Positions 25,935 to 38,769 of a stretch of DNA of 64,000 nucleotides are shown here, in pieces. The position numbers and the translations under genes were made by a program. A model generated the notes under the pieces. It did no database searches and was not told the DNA's origin. It worked only from the letters and a program-made list of their open reading frames with translations. Origin of the DNA: Botryllus schlosseri (Eukaryota); the NCBI GenBank assembly GCA_051294905.1, contig CM119371.1, positions 18,540,001 to 18,604,000 of the forward strand. Reading direction: 5' to 3'. Position 1 is the stretch's first letter. Every line of letters begins with the position of its first letter.

Positions 25935-26990
25935 GAAGATAATTTGTTGTTTTGTACCATACCTATTTCATTGCACCTTGTGACGATGCTGTATGTTGAT
26001 TCCGACTTCACAGCTGTATCACTTCCACTAATGCGGGTATTTCTGTACTACATGTTTCGTATACTGCGATGCAACCAGTCGGGCTTTCAAAGCTTCCTCA
26101 GTGGAAAATACTATCAAAACTATAATTTTCGTCGATAAAATAACGCTTAAAAATGGTCTCGAATCATTAGGATTACTACATCAGGGTTTTAACCAAGTGA
26201 CAAGGTTCTGAGTCGCAAGTCAATCCCACTTTTATAGTTTTTACTGGAGTCAAGGCCAGTCATTTTCAATTCACCAAGGCAAGTCAGAGTCCAAGTAGGG
26301 TAGTAGATGCTCGAATCCTGGTCATAGTGTTTTGACTCGAGTCCAAATGTCCTTATGTTCACTGTACTGTTTTCATTTCGATCCAGCATAACCCATTGTT
26401 TTCAACTCTGCTCGAGAGATATAGAAGGGCTAGCATTCATAACATGGTAATTTTCCTCAGTTTTAACAGTTCTCAAGTCGAGTCGAGTCTCAAATCGCGA
26501 CTCGAGTCACTACAACCCTGTTAAGTACTCGATTCAATATGCCCAGCTCTACTTATCACATCCCTGCACTGATAGATATCGACCCTGGTCTGTTCTCTGC
26601 CAGGTAGACGCGCTGCTCATTCCGAAATTGAAGCACACTGTGGACGCCACAAACTTGGATGACTACGAAGAGGAGTAAATACGAATTGATGTGAACGAGA
26701 AGCGCGCCAAAGAATTCGCGAGCTCGACCGCGTCCAGATCCAGGACTGTGCCTTTACAAATGATCGGATCGAGGGTACATCGGTAATCGCAGCAAAGACT
26801 TCCATGCCTCGTTAAAGGTCTAGGACAGTGTTTCTCAACCGGGGTTCTGACATTTTCAGACGATCCACGAAACCGCTAAATTTGGAAAATTGTTGACAGG
26901 CTAATTTGTATTTTTTTGAATTAGAGAAGTCACGAGACAGTTTTGCAACTGCTAAAACTTCATGACTCACATAAACAGAATGGTCGTAAT

Positions 26991-27515
26991 TAGGGCTGGG
27001 CACAATGATTCGAGTACTCGAATCTGAATCGAGTATTAATTTTAATGATTCGAGTCGAGTAGTAAAAGACGAATTTTTCGAGTACGGAAATTATACGCTC
27101 CTCGCCACTGAAAGGTAATTTATAAACGAGAATTAAATTTACGATGCTATTTTCCACTGTGGTAGCCTTGAAACCTTGATTGTCCCGGACAATTTGTCCT
27201 TATCGCAGCATGCGAAACAGTGAAAAAAAGAACGTTACTAGAAATAGCAGTATAGCACATTTACATAGTTAAGATTATCCCACAACATTCTCACACAGTG
27301 CAATGAGATCGGTATGGTCGAAAAATATACCTAAGTATATATCTTTTATGTGATGAATAACAGGAATTATATTATTTGTGGTGGCTTAAAAGATACATAT
27401 TTGAGCTTTGACATATAACATTCTGTTATGACGTCATAATGAGTGGTACTCGACTCGAAGCATAATACGTGATTCAGAATCGAATCACTCAGGTACTCGA
27501 TTTTACCCAGCCCTA
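26991..27515. mobile_element. TAGGGCTGGG MITE
   Basis: TAGGGCTGGG...CCCAGCCCTA; perfect TSD GTCGTAAT. Confidence 0.9.
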
Positions 27516-27694
27516 GTCGTAATATGTTCACTAAAATCTGTTTCTCAATTTTGATGTTGTGTATGTTGTGATCACACCCAAATGTGATGTTGGTAATGTT
27601 ACGCGTTTTAATTACATCTGTTGTGGAAATGTATTTTCGGCACTCTTTCATATCAGATAGACGGCGCGGATTTTCAAGACACAACCGCGTGTGT

Positions 27695-28203
27695 CAGGGT
27701 TGTAACCAAGTCACAAGGCTCCGAGTCACAAGTCAATCTCAATTTTATAGCTTTGACTCGAGTCAAGTCGAGTCATTTCAATTCACCACCGAGTCAAGTC
27801 CGCGTCCAAGTCGGCGAGCAGAGGGTCGAGTCCGAGTCATGGAATTATGATTCGAGTCCGAGTCCAAGTCACTGTGTTCACTGCTCAGTTTCGTGTTAAA
27901 ATCTTGGTAAACCCACTTTTTATATCTCTGTTTGGTGATATCGAATGGTTCGCATTCAAAATATACCAATTTTCCTCACTCTTAGCAGTTTCTTGTCGCA
28001 TTTTCAAGTACCAGTACCTACAGACGAAATCCCAATTGTGTGTTGGCTCTGGAATCACAATGAAATGTCGGGGTTGGCCGTCTGAGACTCGAATCAATAC
28101 ACAGATTGACTCGAGTCGAGTCATTTCCGTATTTTGAAAAAATGACTCGAGTCAAGTCGAGTCATCAGAAAATCGTGACTCGAGTCGAGTCATTACAACC
28201 CTG
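27695..28203 (+). mobile_element. Family A MITE
   Basis: CAGGGTTGTAA...TTACAACCCTG; TSD GCGTGTGT/GCGTGTGC. Confidence 0.9.
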
Positions 28204-29079
28204 GCGTGTGCTAGGAAATTTAGCTACACCACAGAATTCGCTTTGAAATAATAAATGTCTCATCAATTTCTACGTAACTGAGGACTACATGATGTTATTA
28301 TCAAGAATGGCCATTTTGTTGTTGTTTATCAATTGGCTACAGCTGATAATTAATTACAAAGCACAGATGACGGTTGCGTGATAATTGGGCTGGATTTGAA
28401 CTAAATCTTTAGGGGTCCGCAGAGGTTCGTGATGGTCCAACAGGGTCTGCGAAGATAAAAAGGTTGAGAACCGCCGGTCTAGGGCAAAGATCATAAAATT
28501 GGATTGATTAAAGATAGGATTTTCTTGTTCCTCAAGATTTAACTACCCAGAATTGAATAATTAAATATTTAAATTTTTGGTGTCGAACATTGCTTCGTTT
28601 CTATTTCAGCTGGCTTCTATGAGCTCTCGCCTATCCTGTTCAAATGCTGGAGATGTGTTGGTGGGTCTCGACGAACTCACAAATAAAAATACTTTATTAC
28701 GGAGGCACTGGTGTGGTCTTTTGTGCGAGGTGGTTTTAGAGCAGAGGTGTCCAATGTCGCGCCCCATCAACTGATATTCCCTTGACAATATAAGGGAGAT
28801 GGAAATGGTTTGGTTGTATCAGCATCAAAAATTGTGGAAGTAGTGGGCCTCGCAAATGACAAATCACGTGGTTAAGTGACAAAACCGACCTGCCTACTAC
28901 GGAAAATAAAACTACTTCGTTTCTGATGTCACTTAGATTTTATGTGCCCGATAAAAAGATGACAACTGACTAGAGATGAATCACTGAAGAGAGGGAGAGT
29001 AAGAGATAACATTCCTTTTCGCCTGCACCATCGAGATTCTTCCACGATGTAGAATCCATACGACCGTAGGGTCACCTAA

Positions 29080-29179
29080 AGCTGCGGATACCAGTCTTCG
29101 AGCCTTTGGTCTGGCCCGGTCGAGAATCGAACCCACGTCCTACCGATCAAAAAGCCAGACGCATCACCGTTATACACTA
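29080..29179 (-). mobile_element. tRNA-derived SINE head
   Basis: Minus strand TAGTGTATAACGG (A box) ... GGTTCGATTCTC (B box), then CTGGTATCCGCAGCTT; paralogous copy at ~48940-49064. Confidence 0.7.
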
Positions 29180-29749
29180 TCTCTATTTTTTTGGTTGGAA
29201 ACAGTAACATGATACCCGGTCAGGTTCATTAAAAATAATTGCCATTAAAAATTTCAATTCTACTGGTTATACCGTCATAGTGTTTCTTTTACTGCGGAAA
29301 TGTTCGATAGTGTAACATTTCATTACATCGCTTCATCGTATATCAAAATTTTGTATGAAATATTATTCGTAAAAGATTCACTAAAAGTTTTGTAGAAAAG
29401 CTATCATCCAGGCCTGTGTGTTCATATTATTTTTTTACTCAAGTTTACCATGCTGCGAATTGTGGAACCGAACAGCAAATGTTGAGAACGTAAAGTACAA
29501 TTTTGAAACTCTAAATCGATATTTTTCCAAGATGAGTTGCAGCTAATCTTTCAAAATTTATATTCATGTAGCACTGTCCTAGTAATTCCTAAAACCTAGC
29601 GTTGGATCGGTGAAGGGACATCTCAATGTCGAGGTACGATGTTATGCGTGTCGTAGCAGTGGTAGCACTTTATTTTCTGTCAAATCCGCTTCGAAGTATC
29701 AAAAGTTGTTCACAAATATTTTTCCAATAGTCTGTCTCCTGTGTTTGAT

Positions 29750-29960
29750 GACTTTTTCATACCTGCTAAAAATGTCCATTCCCATTGCACGAGATCCTCG
29801 TCAAAGGGAATAATCTACTTACCCCCACCCAATAGCAACCTAACTAAGAGATCTATATCGACTACTCGGGACCTATCATTTGGAATGCACTACCACCACA
29901 TATCCGTGAATTGCCTTATGATAGATTCAAAAAAGCCCTACTTGATCACCTCCTGTCGTT
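29750..29960 (+). mobile_element. CR1/L2-clade LINE 3' fragment
   Basis: Translates HSHCTRS...LPPPNSNLTKRSI then, after a frameshift, YSGPIIWNALPPHI, typical of a CR1/L2 ORF2 C-terminus. Confidence 0.65.
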
Positions 29961-31082
29961 ACACTAACACTGTTGCCCTACCTCGCCCAGACATTGCCTC
30001 ATTGATCATTTGCTACCATCGTTTAATTTTTCTTCTATTTTCTTCTATTTTAACATTTTTACAGCCAGACTGTTCAGAGTCAAGTGTACCTGTTTGATGC
30101 TGGTGTGATCAGACTAGATGACCTTCACGGTCTTATCGATCATTCCTATCTAATACCGAATACTGTGCACGCATATTTTCTGTACCGCCATCACTGCCGT
30201 ATGTTATGTATTTTGGTTGGATGAAAAATAAAGACTCTCTCTCTCTTAGGTAGGTAAGAAGTAGAACTACAATTTTTGAGATTCCGCTTGTACCATAGCG
30301 ACACCTAGCGTCTGCTAATTTTACGGTGATGGGACAGGCCTTCACAAGATCGCCCTGATAAGGTTCTAGTCCCATTATGATTGTAATTGTTATGATTATA
30401 AGGCCACTAACTGGATTGTGACTAATCGGTTTCCTTTCAACTAAATATGACTTCGTCACCGCCTCCCAAAACGTTGAACTCGCCCCCCCCCCCGCTAGGG
30501 TGAACGACCTGACATCTGGGGGGTTCACCTACAGAGCCCGTCCAAGCCAATAGTCCAAAGCGCGGGTTCATTCTCTTGCGGCTTCCTAGAGCATGAGCTC
30601 TTTATTACACACCATGCAGAAAATACGTTCCAAACTTTCAATGCAATTAAAAAAGTCATTTTTATAATTTCTCTGGTTAGTATTGGCACGCGTCCAAATT
30701 ATTGCATTTTGAAAGTGAGATAGAAGGTTCCTATATATTGGCAGAACCGCGGTTGACAACCACTGTGTTTGAGTGAGAGATCGCACTTGGTCGATTCGAC
30801 ATCCTCCTCTCATAACACTACATCACACTATGTTTTTAGCGCATTGTACACTGTGTGTCTTGATCGGTAAAAATAAATAAACCCGCCCATTGCATATTAA
30901 TTTATTGCACATTCAATAGATATTACACCGCTACCGTACCTCATTATTTGAAGTCATCGAATGACACGAAGGATGTGAATGATGAAAATCAAAAGCATGT
31001 CTTTTGGAAATTTCATAGATTCAAAATACTGTCAATCAAGGATATCTACAACTCGATAATTTCAGATATCACTGCATCCAAC

Positions 31083-31609
31083 TATAGATAACTAACCTAC
31101 GGATAGATACGCAACACCCGTCGTCACGCTCTCTTGCCCGGAGGAAATTAGTGCTCAGCAATGTGAACGCAGCATAATTGTTAATCCCATAGCTGACGAC
31201 CTGATCACTCAAATTAAATAGAGTTGATCTTATTTGAAAGCTACTGTCGCGTTGATTCTGAAAATATACAATGAAAGTTCATTAAGGGAATGGAACCAGC
31301 TCGAAATAGCCTTCATAGACTGAAAATTGGCATTGTTGCTAACAATGGCAGAGACGCAGCACAATGACCATAACAATGGGCCCTGCATGGTTGCGATTGT
31401 TTACAACAATGCAGATTTTCAGACTTTGAGGTGAATTTTGAATGGGTTCAGCTGCCCTGATCCGATTTTAATGTACATTTTCGAAATCAGTGCGACAGTA
31501 GCTTTCAAATAAGATCAACTTTATTCAATTTGAGCGCTCAGGTCATCAGCCATGGGATTAGCAAATATGCTGCGTTCAGATTGCTGAGCCCGTAGGTTAG
31601 TTATCTATA
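31083..31609. mobile_element. Foldback MITE with 7-bp TSD (P-element-like)
   Basis: TATAGATAACTAACCTACGG...CCGTAGGTTAGTTATCTATA; TSD ATCCAAC; internal arms ~31150-31300 vs ~31430-31590. Confidence 0.8.
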
Positions 31610-32452
31610 ATCCAACGATCATGGAAGTATATATAAGCTTTCCTGTTATCGTAATTTGTAATTACGAGATTCTGCCTAGAAGCTTGAAAGCTCAATGAAC
31701 TAGATCACGCTAGATGGCGTAAATGCACCAGCCCGGTGACTTACACTATGGGGTTTCCCCACAGCAAAAGAAAGCCCAAGTATGGAGGAGCAGGCAGCAT
31801 ACTCGTTAATTCTCGTGCGTCAAGTGTCGACTACAGAACGTGCTCTTTGCAGTCGAGAAATAGTGTCTTGTGTCGTGCCAGTCGATAGGTTAGATATTTC
31901 AGATGAGGGATTGTGATGCACAGTCGCAATACTGGCATCGTTCATGCGATCGATTTTCACCAGGTGCTTAGACGTCAGACCCACTGCACCCGATAATCCG
32001 ATATGTTGGCTGGTGCTGCTATATCAGCTTTTGTTGATGTGTGATTTTGTATTCTATACATACTGATACTTTCTGAAGCTGTAATTCCGATTTCAGTGTG
32101 CATCAGAAATGGTATACCCAGGAGTGGTGCACCCGAGGCCGTACAACGAAAATCATGCGGCCGTCAGTATACATGTTTAAGTTTGCGTGTGTTGGCAAAT
32201 TTGTTTATGCATAGGTTTTCAGATAACATAACAATTTTATGGGGTAGCCAATGAGATTTGAATAATAATTTGCACCATTATTTTTAACAGATCGCAATGC
32301 TTCTATTGGTTGCAACTGTGCCAAAATAGGAGTGAAGTGTATTTTTAGCCAACCGAACAATTGTGTCAAGTAGTATCCAGTAAAATTTGACAAACAAGGT
32401 CTTTTTAAGCAGCTTTAATGCTTTACTACTTGATGAAGTAGCCTACTTCTAC

Positions 32453-33356
32453 GGTTGCCGGTGAACTCAGCACTTGGTGAATTCGGCCGCACAAACTCGG
32501 CACTTGGTGAATTCGGCCCTCGGGAAATTTTGTAATGAAGTGTATTAACAGCTATTAATATGAATTATTAAACTTATAATAGTGTTATCAAGTGATTTGT
32601 CAATCTTGTAAGCAGGTCAGAGCATCCATAGATCACGCAGTCACGGCGTGATTAGATCACGGATTGCGTAGCCGCGGGAAATAACGCAGCGCTCATACGG
32701 TCTGCTTGGAATCGATGGCGTGAATGACGGGCGTGTGTCGTGTAAGTTTTGAGAAGATGAATCTTGGCGTTGTATGTGAGATCGCAGCTGTGGACGATCA
32801 AGCGGCGATTCTTCGTTTATCGATCACGACAAGCCAGTGTTCCTCATCAAATGTTTTGCATGATCACGTCAAAATAAATTATTTTTTGTCTTCGGAGAGA
32901 CGATTCCACTCTGGGGTTAGGGTGTCTCGATAACAGGGTTGAAGGATCCCAAGATTACGAGATCTACCGCGAGCCACGACACATTTAAATTTCCTTTTTG
33001 ATACTGTTCATTCATATTAAATGCATTTCTAATGTGAAGGTGTTCCAGTGCCAATTCCTCCAAGGGCCGAGTTCACCAATTGAAGAGCGTCGCATCATTT
33101 TCCACGGTTACGCAATCTGTGATCTAATCACGCCGTGACTGTGTGATCTACGCATGCCCTGACCCCCGTACAACATTGACAACCACTCAAAGTGCCAAGT
33201 TCACCGGCAAACATTCCAGTAATCACTCATGGTGACCGGTACCGCTACGAGATCTAACACGGCCGAATTCAACAAGTGCTGAGTTTGTGCGGCCGAATTC
33301 ACCAAGTGCTGAGTTTGTGCGGCCGAATTCACCAAGTGCCGAGTTCACTGGTAATC
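32453..33356. mobile_element. Relative of the 19238-20268 element
   Basis: GGTTGCCGGTGAAC...GTTCACTGGTAATC ends; tandem GGTGAATTCGGCC repeats; shared internal sequence. Confidence 0.7.
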
Positions 33357-34478
33357 ACATCTGATTACCTTATTATCATATTATTCTTAGTATATTTCAC
33401 CATGATAATTCTTAAACTGGGGTGCGTGAAAGCATCAGAAGTGGGGCGCGAAGCCGAGCTCAACTGAAAATTTTTTTTAACAACTACTTCATATTTGTTG
33501 TTGCTCTGTATTTAGTCTGAATTTCACAGTTAAAAATCTCACATCCATAGTCGTAACCTTCCATGCCATCAAACTATCCGTTAGGTTGCTAGCAACATAT
33601 GGTTGCGTTTTGTGATATGTCGATAAGGGGGCATGAAATCTTTAACCATCATAAGAGGGAGCACGTGTCTTATAAAAGTTTGAGAACCACTGTTCTAAGG
33701 TAAATAGCCTACTTCCTATATTATTTTTTTATGTTCAATTCCAAGCGCGACAGCCCGATCTCAAGGCCCACACAGTTTGAAAGGTTTCAACTGCTAAACA
33801 TAACAGAAATCCTAAACGAGATTGACATAATTGGGATCACGCGTGGGATTTCAGATTGGCCACTCCAGTTTTAATTATTTCAGCGATGTGCTTGCAGTGA
33901 TTCGCGTGTGTCTTAGGTAGATTCGTTCTCTTTATGTGTAGACTTGGGGCATTTATATTTTATCTACACATAGTAGAAGCGTGTTTGAAGCTGACATAGT
34001 TATTATTCTGGGAGCATTGTGTGTCCTGTAACTGAAACATAGGTGAAGTTATGGAATCTATGAACAGATCACTGCTCACAGATTTGATTTTTAATCCTGT
34101 TCTAAGAATCGGAACAACCGACTTTCATCTCTATGGTTTTGACAAATTGGTTATTGAAGTCGACCAGCCTATCAAATCTCGCCACTATCTTTTCGACCCG
34201 TGTATGATATCATCAAAGCAATGTTTGTTTTGTTTAAAATAAGCACATATGTTATCTCCATGTCCTCACTATATAATCAAATACCAATATTGCGTTTTGG
34301 TTTATAATCCCATTTTATATTGTGCGGCCCGCGAATGGATTCAGATGTTGAATGCGGCCCGCAAGCTCAAAAGTTTGCCCATCCCTGTCCTATTGTATAC
34401 GTAACCGCCATTTTGGACTAACTTCAACTTGCAACTTGGATTTTGTTCGTATTGTAGATGTTTGCACTGTTGATGAAC

Positions 34479-34500
34479 CATAGCCTATATAAGGACTATG
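34479..34500. mobile_element. 22-bp hairpin mini-element / footprint
   Basis: CATAGCCTATATAAGGACTATG between perfect 7-bp direct repeats GATGAAC. Confidence 0.7.
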
Positions 34501-34519
34501 GATGAACTTATCATTAGGC

Positions 34520-35221
34520 ATTTTACAGCTTGTAACCTACTTTATAGGCCTACCTTTGTGGATGGCGCATTGTCTGCTCATCGTGAATCATAAACGGTCA
34601 AATGAAACAAATAGGTAGACATATACACTAACTGAAGCAAGACTGGGTGGGCATTCGTTCTTATATCAAAAAGATTACGATGAAAAACTGTGATGTAGGT
34701 AGACAATATTGTCAGAATGAAGCTGCACGGTGTGTCACCAGCAGTGTACACACAACTCCAGTGTTTTCAGCCATCAACTGCTGCTGTTGAACGCTCTTTC
34801 TCCATTCTTGGCAATCTATTCAGTACTTAAAAAGGGACATGAACTTTCTACCCCAGAATGTAGGAAAGTGTCTTTCGTTTTCCTATAACAAATTTTAATT
34901 ATTTCCACCATAAGGCGTGATGTAACAACTGGAATTCTTCATAGGTCCAGATTTCGTCACAACAAAGTTTTTTCATATTCAAAATAAGTCAGATTTTTAG
35001 TCAAAAAATGTTTATTTTAGGCCGAACTACTTCATAAGGACGGATAGTTCCAACTAGAAATGAAGATAAGTAGTACAATTCTAACATTATGTGGGAAAAA
35101 ACTTGATATGCATACATTAGGTCAAAATTTGGTCACAATTATTTTTCTTATGGCTTAAAAATGTCAAAATTATGATTTCTACGTCAAAGTCTTCTGTTTT
35201 CAGGTAAAAAAAATAGCCCTA
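34520..35221 (-). mobile_element. Reverse copy of the 7215-9372 element without its nested inserts
   Basis: Reverse-complement similarity to 7215-7743 and 9072-9200; ends AAAAAATAGCCCTA. Confidence 0.7.
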
Positions 35222-35224
35222 GTC

Positions 35225-36188
35225 CAGTGGTTCCCAACGCGGGCGATATCGCCCCCTAGGAGGCGATTTGGCGGTCTAGGGGGGCGAAAATAACGAAGGA
35301 GGCAATGGCGCGTTAAAACGGCTATATTGGAGTCGGGACCGTAACTACCGCACCCCAAACCCCCAATTGGGAGTGGGGGGCCCAAAATCGAAGGAAGCAC
35401 AAAATTATTTCGTGAATTAACATATATGATAGAGTAATTTTTTAGAAATTCATGCGACTTTTTCTAAAGTTTATCGTGCCGCGTGCGATTCAATATTTTC
35501 ATGTATCTTGATGTTGGGGCCCTGTCGCTTAACTAAAATACGCATGATTTATAAAAATGGGAGACTTCGGCGTCGGCCATTACTGCGCCACGACGCACCA
35601 AGACATATGTAGTTAGAGGCCATGTAACATGAGACTCCGAGAAGTGTGCCAGAACGATGAGCAACGAGAAGACCTTGGCCGAAAAGGAATGCCCTGGTGC
35701 TGACCGAAATCTTCCGTATATGTTTAATTGTCTATAGGCGCCTCAATGGCTGGCGTAGAATGGTCCTGTCCTGGCGACCTTAAACCTACAGGACAAATGC
35801 CATCTGGCGAAGAAAAAATTATTTGCCAGCAAAGAAATACCAACATGACATCATGTGTGTCTTTTAGTTTGGTACATTTTGACGATTTCCCTATCTTCTG
35901 ACATAGCAGATATAGGAGGTCACGAAATAACATCATATAAAGAATTCGATATAACAAAGATTCCGCCCCAAGATGTTAAATCATCATATAGGGGTCCTAC
36001 CTTTTCCAACATACCAAATCGACCATATTGACCGATTCAAGCATGAATTATATAAATTTGTTGCGCTTCGCGTGTTAGCCGCAGGGGGCTGACGGAGTGC
36101 TGTTTTTCGGTTCCCAATATTTGGAGGTCGATGATCGGTGTGGAGCTTCAAAGGGGGGCGATGAGTCGAAAAAGGTTGGAAACCACTG
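35225..36188. mobile_element. hAT-type MITE with internal CAGGGCC-family remnant
   Basis: CAGTGGTTCCCAAC...GTTGGAAACCACTG; TSD CCCTAGTC/TCCTAGTC. Confidence 0.8.
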
Positions 36189-37124
36189 TCCTAGTCATAA
36201 CTTTACATGCCATCAAATAAAACTATCCGTTGAGATTGTTAGCATCCGTGATATGACAGTAAAAGGGGGGGGGGGTGCGAAATTTTTTATCATCATAAAG
36301 AGGAACGAGGTTTCAAACAACGTTTGAGAACCACTAGACTAGAGGGTCGAGTCAGACTCATAGTGTCATACTATAATGATCAGTTTTGAGCTCAACTCGG
36401 TTCTACCCACTTTTTACAACTCTGCTCTGGTGATATAGATTGGGTAGCATTCATATTATAGTGGCTTTCCTCAGTCTTCACAGTTTCTGTCCCTATTCTC
36501 CAAGTACAAGGACTGATAAACGAAATACCTACTATTCTTAGAAGTTACAGTGAAATTTCTCTCCGGACTGTTCTTGCTCAAGTCGTATTTCTTGGTTCAA
36601 ATCATGCACAAGGACTGGAGTACAAATCAGGTTAATACACAATTTGACTCAAATTGAGTAGAGTCATTGTATGCATTTGAAAAAATGACTCTAGTCAAGT
36701 TGAGTCAACAGAAAATCACGATTCGACTCTATCTGGGTTAAAGTATGCAAGCATTTGACGAAATCTAATTTACGAACTGCATACTTCAGTCCCTTTCAGT
36801 TTTGTTAAGTCATCTAAATCGTTGCTTCTATTCGGTTCGCATCCTTCACTGCTTTGACCGCCTCTGACTGACTATTACGAATTACCACATAATATATGCT
36901 TCTCGCTTGAAACCTTGAAATTGCAACCAACATTGTTTGAAGATTGAATTGTTTGAATTCTGTTGCGAAGCATGTCAAAATCTGCCTATGATGTGGTTGC
37001 TGAACCAATATACGATGGAGATAGTCAATAAACATCTATGAATGCAATGGAATCTAATGAAGAGAGATTGCATGTGTTATATTGATTTCCTTATCTTACC
37101 CTCCGCATAATAAATAATGTAGCC

Positions 37125-37460
37125 TACAATCACAGGAAGGCGTTACGTTCTCAGTCGCGAAAGCTCTTGTCAGTTGCAAGAGTCAGAGCATCGACCTACT
37201 GCGTGAGAACCTTTTCTTCCTCAGTTGCCATTCTGTGGAACAATCTCCCAGTTTCTATCACATAGTCTGACTCAATATATGTTTTCAAGCGCAAAATTAG
37301 AACCGTAGTGTTTATCTGCTCTACAACTATGAACTCCGTCTTTATGCATATCATAAACTTTTAGATGCTACTGCCTCTTGTGTAAAGCGCCCAAGTGTAG
37401 TAATGATATATTCGGTGCTCTATAGATTATATCATTGTATTATAATATTATTATAATAGC
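37125..37460 (+). mobile_element. L2-clade LINE 3' end
   Basis: Translates ALRSQSRKLLSVARVR...RTFSSSVAILWNNLPVSI...VFKRKIRT, followed by TGTAAAGCGC motif and an (ATT)n-like tail. Confidence 0.7.
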
Positions 37461-37499
37461 ATAAAACAAACAAGAATAATCTAAGAGAGTAGTGTAAAG

Positions 37500-38246
37500 C
37501 AGTGGTTCTCAACCGCCGGTCCACCAGGTATGTTAAAATTTTATAATTTAATTTCAAGATGCAATATGGTGAAGGCTTGTCCATTGATAAATAAAAAATA
37601 ACAAATTTCAAGCTGATTCAGAACTTTGTGAGGTTATATTAGGTGTGGAATCATGTTCGATTTGACTTGAAGTTCAAGCCGTCTCTGGTGACGACATGAA
37701 GTACTGGCTGACTAGCAACATGTAGGCCTACCAGCAGACTCGCTAAACCACGTAGTAATCGCGATCATTAGCGTTCGATTCATTCATTTTGTGGATGGCC
37801 AGTTATCGCTATTGCCAGGTATTTTTGTGCCGCATAATGTATACGTCTGGTGGTAGTGGGAAATGAGCAAGGTAGCAGGACAAGGTGCTTGGTCTAACTC
37901 CAAAACGGTTCTTCTCTCAATATTGTAAAAGAGAAGAATATATTTGAGTTGGCGTAGGCGGTTAATCAACGGCCTACGGTGAGAAAGACTGTAATTGACT
38001 CTCAGTGGTAGCACGGTTATCTGCGCAAGGCAATTTTACCTCGACTCGTCATTACATGAATACTATTATGAACATATTTGATTACGAACTAAATCCTGAT
38101 ACTGTCACGTTCTAGTATCGTACTTGCAAAAAACAGTTGCATGCTTTATACTTTGGATTGATTTCAAATTTTGAATGTCCACCGGTCCGCAGAACATTAT
38201 TCAAAATTTTACCGGTCCGCGAGGTGAAAAAGGTTGAGAACCACTG
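37500..38246. mobile_element. hAT-type MITE (CCGGTCCG family)
   Basis: CAGTGGTTCTCAACC...GGTTGAGAACCACTG; left TSD GTGTAAAG, right GTCTTAAG split by the Kolobok insert. Confidence 0.85.
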
Positions 38247-38253
38247 GTCTTAA

Positions 38254-38742
38254 AGGGGCACTGCACTCTACAAATGATGTGGTCTCAAATTGACGGGCAA
38301 AACGAAAGAAAAATTTTGGCCACAGCCGTTTTCTTCAGAACGCCACCGTAATGGAGCTGTAATGTATTGAAATTTCCAGGGTTGCAGCACGCTCCAGCAG
38401 TCACGCAGAGATCGAACTTTATATAGTTGTCAGCCGATGTTATGAAGGAAATATGTCGTACACGCCAAGGTGGTTTGGATACCGCGTTCAACGGAAGATG
38501 TCCAGTCAGGAGATTTATGTCAAAATCGGGCCTAGTGTATTCTATTTCCTTCATAACATCGGCTGACAACTATATAAAGTTCGACCTCTGCGTGACTGCC
38601 GGAGCGTGCTGCAACTCTGGAAATTTCAATACATTACAGCTCCATTACGGTGGCGTTCTGAAGAAAACGGCTGCGGCCAAAATTTTTCTTTCGTTTTGCC
38701 CTTCAATTTGAGACCACATCATTTTTAGAGTGCAGTTCCCCT
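38254..38742. mobile_element. Palindromic Kolobok-like MITE
   Basis: TTAA|AGGGGCACTGCACTCTA...TAGAGTGCAGTTCCCCT|TTAA; ~200-bp near-perfect arms (38254-38453 / 38543-38742). Confidence 0.85.
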
Positions 38743-38769
38743 TTAAGACTTACAGGAATATTCATACTG

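Larger units (their letters stand above)
26826..28476. mobile_element. hAT-type MITE with two nested inserts
   Basis: CAGTGTTTCTCAACC...GGTTGAGAACCGCCG; TSD GTCTAGGA/GTCTAGGG; paralogous copy ends at ~48358. Confidence 0.8.

Noticed and set aside
29080..29179. tRNA gene
   Set aside because: A/B boxes are present but no acceptor stem was recognised, and the sequence continues into a shared SINE body.
38285..38711. Two near-identical 94-aa ORFs on opposite strands
   Set aside because: Produced by the palindromic MITE arms; no protein motif.
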